From the NCBI RefSeq assembly GCF_046119375.1, contig NW_027362764.1, positions 206,522,001-206,586,000 on the forward strand: DNA of 64,000 bases, given 5' to 3'. A program made the translations under genes and the position numbers. Shown one piece after another: positions 1 through 9,883 of this stretch. The number at the start of each line of letters is the position of its first letter. Position 1 is the first letter of the stretch. Below the pieces are notes generated by a model. It saw only the letters and a list, made by a program, of their open reading frames with translations, had not been told where the DNA came from and searched no databases. The DNA comes from Phyllobates terribilis (Eukaryota).

Positions 1-19
1 TTTTTGTGTGTGTGCACCA

Positions 20-2055
20 TGATGGGGATGAGGGGCCATGCATACCAGGATTGGAGGATGAGGAGTACCATACTTACCAGGACACTGATGAGGAGCCATA
101 CGTACCAGAATGGGGATGAGGGGGGCCATACATACCAGGATTGGGGATGAGGGGCCATACATACCAGTATAGGAATGAGGGGGGCCATACATACCTGGAT
201 TGGGGGATGAGCGGTACCATGCTTACCAGGATAGGGATGAGGGGTACCATGCTTAGCAGGATATGGTTGAGAGGCCACACATACCAGGATAGGGATGAGG
301 AAGCCATACATTCCAGGATTGGGGGATGAGGGGTGCCATGTATACCAAAATATGGATGAGGGGCCTTACATACCAGGATAGGGATGAGGGGGGCCATACA
401 TAACAGGATACGGATGAGAGGCCATGCATACCAGGATATGGATGAGGGGCCATGCATATCAGCATTGGGGATGAGGGGGCCATACACACCAGGATAGGGG
501 GATGAGGAGGCCATACATACCAGGATAGGGATGAGGGGTGCCATACATACCAGGAAAGGGATGAGGGGTGCCATACATGCCAGGAAAGGGATGATGGGTC
601 ATACATACCAGGATTGGGGATGAGGGGGTACCATGCATACCAGGATAGGGATGAGGGGTGCCATGCATACCAGGATAAAGATGAGGAGTGCAATACATAC
701 CAGGATTGGGGATGAGGGGGGCCATACATACCAGGATTGGGGATGAGGGGGGCCATGCATACCAGGATTGGGGATGAGGGGAGCCATACATACCAGGATA
801 TGGATGAGGGGCCATGCATACCAGGATACGGATGAGGGACCATGCATACCAGGATACGGATGAGGGGTCATGCATACCAGGATACGGATGAGGGGCCATG
901 CATAACAGGATAGGGATGAGGGGCCATGCATAACAGGATACAGATGAGGGTCCATACATACCAGGATAGGGATGAGGGGGTACGATGCATACCAGGATAG
1001 GTATGACAGGGGCCATGCATACCAGGATTGGGGATGAGGGGGGCCATACATACCAGGATAGGGATGAGGGGGCCATACATGCCAGGATTGGGGATGAGAG
1101 GGTACCATGCATACCAGGATAGGGATGAGGGGGAACCATGCATACCAGGATAGGGATGAGAGGGTACCATGCATACCAGGATAGAGATGAGGGGGTACCA
1201 TGCATACCAGGACAGGGATGAGGAGTGCCATGCTTACCAGGATAGGAATGAGGGGTAGCATGCATACCAGTATAGGGATGAGGGGGGCTATACATGCCAG
1301 GATAGGGATGAGGGGCCATACATACCAGGATAAGGATGAGGGTCCATACATACCAGGATAGGGATGAGGGGGTACCATGCATACCAGGATAAGTATGAGG
1401 GGAGCCATGCATACCAGGATAGGGATGAGAGGGTACCATGCATACCAGGATAGGGATGAGGGGGTACCATGCATACCAGGACAGGGATGAGGGGTACCAT
1501 GCTTACCAGGATAGGAATGAGGGGTAGCATGCATACCAGTATAGGGATGAGGGGGGCCATACATACCAGGATAGGGATGAGGGGCCATGCATACCAGAAT
1601 TGGGGATGAGGGGTGCCATGCATACCAGGATTGGGGGATGAGGAGGCCATACATACCAGAATAGGGATGAGGGGTGCCACACATACCAGGATAGGGATGA
1701 GGGGCCATGCATACCAGGATTGGGGATGAGGGAGTACCATGCATACCAGGATAGGGATGAGGGGGTACCATACATACCAGGATAGGGATGAGGGGGTGCC
1801 ATGCATACCAGGATAGGGATGAGGGGTGCCATACAAACCAGGATTAGGGATGAGGGGTGCTATGCATACCAGGATAGGGATGAGGGGTGCAATGCATACC
1901 AGGAAAAGGGGTGCCATGTATACCAGGATAGGGATGACTGGTGCCATGCATACCAGGATAAGGATGAGGGGTGCCTTGCAAGTAAGGATGATGGAGGCCT
2001 TGCATATAAGGATGAGGGGTGCCATGCATACCGGGATGGAGGGGTGCCATATACC
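20..2055 (+). repeat. G-rich minisatellite, ~28-31 bp unit (consensus ~CCATGCATACCAGGATAGGGATGAGGGG)
   Basis: Dozens of degenerate tandem copies of cat(g/a)cataccaggat(a/t)gggatgagggg; explains the repetitive HPYPGM/LIPILVC ORFs. Confidence 0.97.
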
Positions 2056-2192
2056 AATTTGGACAATATTAACAGAATTGGGGGACATCTTTAATATAAC
2101 CAGGGATGTGTCCCTCTGTCCGAAGCCTCTATAGACTGCACAAGCGCGACGCGCCTGTGCAGTCTGGCTCCAGACAGAAAAACGCATCCAGC

Positions 2193-2695
2193 TGTTACAG
2201 GTAAGAGAAGTATATGGCGCCGGAGATCGCGGTATGCATAGACACTAAATGCATACCCCTGTTAGAACCCTCCTGTTTGTTTGTTTTCCATCTTGTGTTT
2301 TGCAGTCATGTCATCATCTGCCTTTATATTCCAACTCTGCCCTTTTGGCTGTGCTGGACTTCAGTGTTTGACTGTTTCTCTAGCCAGGTGCTTCGGTGCC
2401 TTTCTCTGTCAGTTCGCTTGGTCCTTCTGGGACCTCTAGTACCTTTCTGTCAGTTTGTTTTTTTGTGTTTTGCAACTACTTCTCTGTTTAGGAGGTGTCC
2501 CATTTTGTCCCAGTCCTTAGTTCTTTGAGGGACCCCTCTCCTTATGCTATAGGTCTTCGTTCAGACTAGCCAAGGACAAAGGCGGGTCTGTTCGCTAGGA
2601 ACAGACAGCTCGCTACATTGTAGGGATTCAGCTTAGTCTTACTGAAGGGACAGCTTTCCCCCTTCTTTCCTTAGTATATGTTGCAGATCATAACA
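2193..2695 (+). repeat. 5' LTR of the sushi-like Gypsy
   Basis: TGTTA...TAACA inverted termini; TATA-like ttatat at ~2324-2329; gag starts 47 bp downstream. Confidence 0.8.
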
Positions 2696-2742
2696 GTAAG
2701 TCCAGCCCAAAAAACTAAAAGGAAAGAAATTCGTGGATCAGT

Positions 2743-3633
2743 ATGGTTTCCGTCCAGGATTTGGCTCAACGCTTGCAGGGATTGTCTCTGGAGGAGGCCG
2801 AGCTACAGCAACACGTGAGTAGCTGTTCTGGAGCGCATTTTGTGGAACCCAAGGTAGGACTGCCTGATGTTTTTTATGGTAAACAGCAAGGTTTTTTTTC
2901 CTTTAAAAATGCTTGTTTGTTATATTTTCGTTTGAGACCAAGGTCCTCTGGGAATGAATCACAGTGCATTGGTTTTATTATGTCACTTTTACACAATGAA
3001 CCACAGGGGTGGGCCTTTTCTCTCCAACCTAATGATCCATGCTTAAGGTCTGTAGAAGAATTTTTTTCTGCTATGGGTCTATTATATGACGATCCTGATA
3101 GAATCTCATCTGCTGAGGCAGAACTCAGGCGTTTGAATCAGGGGTCAGGTGATGTTGAAAATTATTGCACACACTTCAGAAGATGGGCTTCAGAAGTCTT
3201 ATGGAATGATCCTGCTCTGAAATGTTTATTTCTTGCTGGTCTGAGTGAAAGGGTTAAGGATCTGCTAATTGCATTCCCTGCACCTGAAACTCGGCAGGAT
3301 GCCATGCAATTAGCTGCTCGTGTGGACAGGAGGCTGAGGTTCAGGCTGAATGAGGTAAATACTCCTGTAATGTCAGGTCCTAGTCCCCAGAAAATCTGCT
3401 CAGATGGCGGAGAACCGATGGAGGTTGGGGCGATGTCACTCCGCTCTCAGGAAAGAGACCGGAGGTTCGCTAAGGGATTGTGTCTTTATTGTGGTAAAGC
3501 TGACCATTTGATTAAATATTGTGAGCTTCGTTTAAGTAAAGAAAAAAAAAAAGGTCAGGTACGCCCATATTGCTTTGTTTACGCTCTGCAGGACTATTTC
3601 TTTCTGGGAGTACTACTTTGCAGGGAGATTTGA
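2743..3633 (+). CDS. Gypsy gag (retrotransposon gag domain + CCHC zinc knuckle)
   Basis: 296-aa ORF with PEPMEVG-like motif (EPMEVG) and [14 protein letters not shown]. Confidence 0.88.
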   Translation: MVSVQDLAQRLQGLSLEEAELQQHVSSCSGAHFVEPKVGLPDVFYGKQQGFFSFKNACLLYFRLRPRSSGNESQCIGFIMSLLHNEPQGWAFSLQPNDPCLRSVEEFFSAMGLLYDDPDRISSAEAELRRLNQGSGDVENYCTHFRRWASEVLWNDPALKCLFLAGLSERVKDLLIAFPAPETRQDAMQLAARVDRRLRFRLNEVNTPVMSGPSPQKICSDGGEPMEVGAMSLRSQERDRRFAKGLCLYCGKADHLIKYCELRLSKEKKKGQVRPYCFVYALQDYFFLGVLLCREI

Positions 3634-5240
3634 TTGAATTTCAGGTATTTGTGGATTGTGGTTCAACACTTACTGTGATTGATAAAGGGTTTTTGGAAAA
3701 ACTTAACTTGAAATCCAAACCTTTGTCATCACCTATTTCTGTGATTGCAATTGATAACACTCCCTTGAAATATATTACTCACAAGGTTGCTGCATTTCCC
3801 CTCACTATCAATGGAGTTCACCAAGAAATTTTGGACTTGATTGCATTAGATAATTTATCCTCTCCGGTTGTTCTAGGATTGTCTTGGTTAAAACGGCACA
3901 ATCCTCTACTGGACTGGTCTACTAATGTGATTAAGTCTTGGAGTCCGAAGTGTTATGATAAATGTTGTAATGGTCGCATTGCGGCTGTGGAAAAATGGAA
4001 ATTACCGGTACCTATTCAAGATTTTTGGAGGGTTTTTTCGGAGGAGGAGTCGCGAGATTTACCTCCTCATAGGGATTATGATTGCGCAATTGAGTTTGTT
4101 CCGGGAGCTACTCTTCCCAAGAGTCGCTTGTTTAATCTGACTATCCCTGAAAGAAAGGCCTTGGAGGAATACATACAGACTAGCCTGGCTGCTGGTCACA
4201 TTAGACCTTCTAAGTCGCCAGCGGCAGTTGGATTTTTCTTTGTTGAAAAAAAAGGACGGGGGTTTACGTACATGTCTGGATTTTCGTGAAATTAATAAGA
4301 TTACGGTACGCAATTCCTGCCCATTGCCGTTAATTCCTGACTTGTTTAACCAGTTAGTGGGGGCCAAGTGGTTCTCTAGAATTGATCTCCGGGGGGCATA
4401 CAATGTGTTACGAGTGAAGGAGGTTGATGAATGGAAAACTGCTCTTAACACTTCGGTTGGTCATTTTAAGAATCTGGTGATGCCTTTTGATCTTACCAAT
4501 GCACCTTCCTTTTTTTCAGAACCTTATTAATGACATCCTGAGACCTTTGATTGGTAAAAATGTGGTTGTGTATTTGGATGACATTTTGATTTATTCACCA
4601 GATCTAGAGTCCCATTTGTAGAGTGTACGTGAAGTTTTTCAGTTATTGAGTGATAATTCACTCTTTGCTAAGCTGGAGAAATGTGAGTTCGCTGTGCAGA
4701 AAATTAGTTTTTTGGGCTACATTGTCTCCAGCGAGGGCTTTGAGATGGACCCTGTGAGGGTTCAGGCTGTGCAGGAATGGCCTAGGCCTATTGGTTTGAA
4801 ATCTATACAGAGATTTTTAGGGTTGCCAATTATTGCAGGAAATTCATTAAGAATTTTTCTGTAATTGTTAAACCTCTAACCGATCTCACCAGGAGAGGTG
4901 CGAATACGGTCCACTGGACTACTGAGGCCATTGAAGTGCTTAAGTATCTCAAAGAGAGGTTCAGTTCTGCCCCTATCCTTATGCAGCCTGATGAGACCAA
5001 ACCTTTTTTGGTCGAGGTCGATGCTTCATCGGTGGGGGTCGGAGCAGTTTTGTCTCAGGAGAACAGGGATGGAGTACATCCTTGTCTCTTCTTTTTGAAA
5101 AAAATTTCGGAAACCAAACTGAATTATGATGTTGGAAATCGGGAGTTGCTGGCTATTAAACTTGCGTTTGAACATTGGCGTCATTTTTTGGAAGGCGCTA
5201 GATTTCCTATTCAGGTTTTCACAGATCATAAGAATTTGAG
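3570..5240 (+). pseudogene. Gypsy pol (PR-RT-RNase H), frameshifted and truncated
   Basis: FVDCGS protease site, [27 protein letters not shown] and RNase H motifs spread over several frames (breaks near 4250, 4510 and 4820). Confidence 0.92.
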
Positions 5241-5797
5241 TTTAGGAGCTGGTACCCTCTGCGGCCTGATCCCTCCACATCTGTGTAGATTCAGGCGCAC
5301 GGGTGGCTTCCGCACTCGCCTTGCCCCTGGGACCCCCTCTGTCTCTGGAGCCATCCCTCTGCTCCCGTCCTCTCTCAGTCTTTCCTCCTGGGCCTCTCAG
5401 ACTAGGCCCCGCTCCTTTCTCCACTCCTCCTGAGTAGAGCTCCTCTAGAGCTCCTGCTCCCCAACTCTCTCTCCTCTGTTCTGTCTCCTCTGTCTGACTG
5501 ATCTCCTACAAGATGGTTCCCTTCTTATACTCCTTCTGCCTGTGCTCCCCTGTACTACTTCCTCCACCCACACCCACTACATGGTTCCCCCTCTCTTGGT
5601 TCCCCCCCTTCCAACCAGGGACAGGGCTCAGCACTGTACGCATGCATCTTGCCCCTCCTGCTGGTCTGGAATGGTGTAGTGTTGGATGCAGGTGGGTGGG
5701 TCCCGGGCAGTACTCCATTCTTACCTGAGAGTGGGGCACCACACCTCTGGGTGAGATGCAGTACTTCTGTGGTGACTGAACCCACCGGGGCACCACA
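5241..5797 (-). mobile_element. Partial LTR, same family as solo LTR 12928-14140
   Basis: Minus strand starts TGTGGTGCCCC at 5797 and aligns by eye with 12928 onward (ctcacccagaggtgtg, ctctcaggtaag, ccctgtccctgg). Confidence 0.8.
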
Positions 5798-6095
5798 GAT
5801 GCACGTAACAGGATGGGGACTGCACATAACAGGATGAGGGCTGCACATAACAGGATGGGGGCTGCACATAACGGGAAGGGGCGCTGGATGGGGACTGCAC
5901 ATAACAGGATGGGGGCTGCTCATAACAGGATGGGGGCTGCACATAGGATGGGGGCTGCACATAACAGGATGGGGGCGGCACGCAACAGAATGGGGGCGGC
6001 ACGTAACAGGATGTGGGGCAGCATGTAACAGGATGGGGGAGCATATACCAATAAAAATGCTTGCCACCCGGGCATAGAATGGGTTCAATAGTTAG
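5798..6095 (+). repeat. 21-bp minisatellite (CACATAACAGGATGGGGGCTG) ending in a Helitron-like 3' terminus
   Basis: About 12 tandem units to ~6045, then hairpin acccg...tgggt (6066-6084) and TTAG|T (CTAG-like) at 6092-6096. Confidence 0.6.
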
Positions 6096-6129
6096 TTATA
6101 AGTATAATAGGCTTAGTGTATAAAGATAT

Positions 6130-6558
6130 TTTACATTCTTAGTATGAGGACTGAGACTGTGGGACTAGTGAGGGTCCCGAGCAGTGGATCCAGGGCGTCC
6201 ATAGTGATAAGATATGGAGCCGCTGAGTGGGTATAGAGAAACTCGCTGAACTGTACTGTGGCGACAAGCTAGGCTGTGACAAAGTAGGACGAAACAGTGT
6301 GCTATACCAGCCCTGGAGTAGACTACAGTGGAAGGAAACAATGTTTGTGAAATGGCTTCTTGCTATGAATAAAACGTGCTGAAGACTGTATAGTCGCTAT
6401 TCCTTGTTTGAACGGAAGTCTCCTTCATTGATCTGTGGAAGTCGTGGTCCTGGCCAGCCAACACTATCAACTAAAGGCGGCCTGCACCGGCATAAGGCCC
6501 ACACAACACCAACATCAACACCCAGCCAGGACCCACACAATTTTCCTGGAAAGTGACA
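6130..6558 (+). mobile_element. Probable 3' part of an LTR
   Basis: AATAAA at ~6368, LTR-like U5 composition, ends ...AAAGTGACA; 5' boundary unclear. Confidence 0.4.
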
Positions 6559-6929
6559 GAGCGTGATGGGACAGCAGATCGGTCATGACTACCACTCTGC
6601 AGCACCTTTACAAAAGCATGACCATAGGACAACATACTCGTATAATGTTACTCAGGTTGAACATTTACTTCACTTGTCCAATGCAACAATACAGTTCAAG
6701 CATATTTCTTCTTTTAACAGGTTGTGGAGAAACTTCTCATTTTAACTTATGAAAGAAATATAGACCATGAAATGCAGTTGGTATATTGGTATTCTGAGCA
6801 ATTTTTTTCAAATTCGAATTCACCAACTTTACCGAAATTTCCCCAAATGATTTGCAGCGAAAAAAATTGCTCAAATTTCAATACTGGAAAACTTGTTGGA
6901 AAATAGACGTGGGGGACAGGAGAGAGAGA

Positions 6930-7150
6930 AAGAACCTCTCTGACCAAAAGAGCTTACATATTAAAGGTGGGAAAGAGAAGACATTGCTGACCATAAGAGC
7001 TTGAAGTTTACAGGCGAGAAAGGGAGCAAGGGCCCAGCTGACCATAAGAGCTTATACTCTACTGGAGGGTGAGGACCCCCTGATTATAAGAGCTTACACT
7101 TTACAAGAGATAGAGGTCCCTCTGACCATATGAGCTTACACTCTACAAAA
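6930..7150 (-). repeat. Five tandem copies of an L2-clade LINE 3'-tail motif
   Basis: ctgaccataagagcttacactcta at 6940, 6987, 7038, 7080, 7122; reverse complement TAGAGTGTAAGCTC...CAGGG resembles the L2 tail motif TAGATTGTAAGCTC...GGCAGGG. Confidence 0.65.
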
Positions 7151-7344
7151 GAGAGAGACTTACCCAGTGACTTTGCAGATGGAAAATTGCCCTGCTATAC
7201 AAACTGTGCTCCACTGAGAAACATTGATTTCTGATAACCCAGGTACTGACCCCCACTGTACAAGGCATGATAATCCTTAAAATGTCATAGCTGCAGGGCA
7301 TTATGGGGAAGCCCACCCAGCAATGCAAAATGTCGTTTGCCCGC

Positions 7345-7508
7345 TTCTAAAGCTTCAGTATTGTGGGAAATGGTGCTGGGCAAGTTTTATTTATTTCATT
7401 ATTTTTTTTAGAATCAAATCTCCAAATGTTTAAATCTGCGTGAAACCACAAATTTCAGGAAATTCTATGCAAACTTGATCTTCTGCGGATCAATCTGCTC
7501 ATCTCTGG
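7345..7508. mobile_element. Right end of a non-autonomous hAT (MITE)
   Basis: Ends GCTCATCTCTG, nearly the same TIR as the hAT end at 22597 (GCTCATCTCTA). Confidence 0.5.
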
Positions 7509-8123
7509 TATTCTGTTCTGAAAGTGAAAAACTTTGCAATTGATGTATTTCCTGTTGACACTACAGTTTATATTGCACCTTGCATTCTCGCTTTGTACAT
7601 GTGACTTGTGAGCTCAACCAGCCTGCATCACTCACAATATACCCAAAAAACAGTGCTTCACCAAATACATTTACATATATCCCTGCATTAATTGTTTGGA
7701 AGTATGTATATTTTCTTTTATTGGATTGTGGAGCTATTTCTTAGTTTAACCACTCTACATAAATGTGAGGATTTGTAAAAAGATATGATCAGTTGGACTA
7801 CTGTGATTCTGTTCTGAAAGATCTTACAATTTATGTATTTCCTGTGTACTGTCTAGATTCTGAACCACTGTACAGAAATTGCCATGATGAGGACCAGTGT
7901 GGTTGCCAAGTGCACAAATTAAATTCCCAAATCTTTCCCTGTCACTTGCCAGTTATTGCATTGTATTGCTCTGGTCGTTGTTCACTGATAGGATATGCAA
8001 ATTGCTTCTTCAGAAAGGAAGAGGACTAGAACTCTAGTGGAAGTAGCAATCCTAAATGTCAATATTGGCCCTCCAATGAACCTTGCCACATGACTTAAGA
8101 TAAAAGCTAAGCCAGAATCTCAA

Positions 8124-8168
8124 TTTCCAGACACGGTATTTCAGGATGTTGCCCCTCATCAGTGCAAA
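8124..8168 (-). ncRNA. Type I minimal hammerhead ribozyme (degenerate copy)
   Basis: Minus strand TTTGCA-CTGATGA-GGGGCAACATCCT-GAAA-TACCGTG-TC-TGGAAA: stem I, conserved core, stem II, near-palindromic stem III, GUC cleavage triplet. Confidence 0.8.
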
Positions 8169-8199
8169 GTATGAGATCTGATTTGGCTGGGTGATTCAG

Positions 8200-8568
8200 C
8201 TCATCACTGCGCACGTGTGGGAGCCAATCGTCACTGCGCACGCATGGCGACGTGCGACTTTACACTACACATTGCGCCAGCGTGGGTGACAGTATACAGT
8301 GCGCAAGTGTAGGACTTCAACAAGACCATGTGACATCGACGCAAACCAGGGACAATTCAAATTGAGTGGGCGGCGACAAGCCAGACTGAATGAAGTGAAG
8401 AACACTAATATGACTAAACGAGCAAGCAAGATATAACTATATTAAGTGGTTTTTACAAAAGATTATTACGCCAAATTTAATGCAAAAAGCATGTTACCGA
8501 TGCATATTGCATCACTAACAACAACCTGGGGGCAATTTACAAGCTCCAACTGACATGATAGGTTCCCT
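8200..8568. mobile_element. T2/Kolobok-type MITE, right portion
   Basis: Ends TGATAGGTTCCCT|TTAA, matching the AGGGAACCTGTCA TIR class with a TTAA target. Confidence 0.65.
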
Positions 8569-9883
8569 TTAAGACTGGGATCTAAGGAGAAAGAATTCTC
8601 CTTGTGGAGAGTGACAAGCCAGGCCTGGCATGTCAGAGTGAGAAGACTTATGCGCCATGCATGCTCCTCTGGGAAATTAAATATGCAAATTGCCTCTTCA
8701 GAGAGGAAGGGAACTTGAACTCTATTGCCACCTTTTGGAAGTAGCAATCCTACAAGTCAATATCGACCCTTTAACGAGTTATAGGATTAAACTTTTGCGT
8801 CACACTTGGCTTCTGTACCTTGATTGCTCTATTGAATAACAACCTAATTGGTCTTCTGGATTTAACTTTGGAGTGTTAGTTTATTTATCTGCTTTATATC
8901 TCACTATCCTAAAGTATTATTATATTAGCCCCAAAAAAATCACTTCAAACTTCAGGTCATCAGATGCCTCACTTTGCAGTATGACGAGTTACAGGAAGTA
9001 GGAATGGGTTAAAATATCTGTGTTCCCATATGTCAAACTACATACAAATATAGCAAAGAGTCAGACTTGGTTTTCTGCAGGCAAGCCATCAGACAGTGAG
9101 GGAAGGAAATTCTATTACCTATAGTGAAGGTATAATGCATATGAAGAGGAACCGCCTGGTCTAAAACAATGCACTTATATAAATTATTTATTTTATTCAT
9201 TCCATTCTAGCATTCCACAGAAAGAAAGTTAACCTCTATGTCTCACCAAATATATCACAGTTAACACTGCTTTAATGAATTTACTGTATTTTCTTTACAT
9301 TATTGTTATTATTATGCTACAACTATTATGCTACAACTGAAAATCACAATTATTTCCTGATTGACAAGTAAAATAGTATTCACATTTAACCTGTTTTAAC
9401 ACTAACAAAAATGTGTGTGTCTTTCTGATATACAGTATGTCTGTGTTTCCTACTTAAACTCTTCATTCACATAAAAACCATGAAAACTAGCAAGGATGAC
9501 TATATAATTAAACTCACATTTAGGGCTCCCGCCTGTGTGGCAGAGGGAGCAGGGATGTGGGGGGTGGCAGGTGCAGCAGAGCACACCACTTCCATTTCAC
9601 GCTGGAGTGCGCTTCAATCAGCCATCAAGTGTGGGGAAATATGTGAGCTCAGCGCCGGAGCCAGCATCAAAAGCAGGGACACGGTCGATGATGTAAATAT
9701 ACCCTATGAAGGGGATAATAATTCACTAAGGGAAAATATTGTAGCATCGGCGTTTCTGCCTCCTGCCGGGCAGAGACGTTGTTCCCCTCACTGCCGCGGT
9801 CCAGGCCCGGCATCCTCCCGCTCCCGTGCTGCTTTGGCGCGCACCTCACGCAGCTTCCCGGGCACTGTGCTTAGGGCGCGCGC

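Larger units (their letters stand above)
2193..5240 (+). mobile_element. Ty3/Gypsy LTR retrotransposon (Tf1/sushi-like), 3' truncated within RNase H
   Basis: 5' LTR followed by gag with CCHC knuckle, protease, RT (VYLDDIL at ~4570) and RNase H ([32 protein letters not shown]); sequence switches to an unrelated LTR at ~5241. Confidence 0.93.
7990..8780 (-). mobile_element. Hammerhead-bearing short retroelement (retrozyme/Penelope-associated), apparent tandem units split by a MITE
   Basis: atatgcaaattgc...ggaagtagcaatcct...tcaatat repeated at 7993 and 8681 in the same orientation; hammerhead core at 8124-8168. Confidence 0.65.

Noticed and set aside
74-2187. Long ORFs up to 390 aa (HPYPGM/LIPILVC repeats)
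   Set aside because: They result from a minisatellite lacking stops on the C-rich strand; all three frames are open and periodic.
6930-7150. CRISPR array
   Set aside because: Eukaryotic context, no cas genes, irregular spacing, mutually related linkers; the core matches an L2 tail motif.
9480-9883. N-terminal part of the 403-aa ORF as a novel fusion protein
   Set aside because: Chance read-through across unique/MITE-like DNA and the truncated LTR into pol; only residues from AKFEKC onward are pol.
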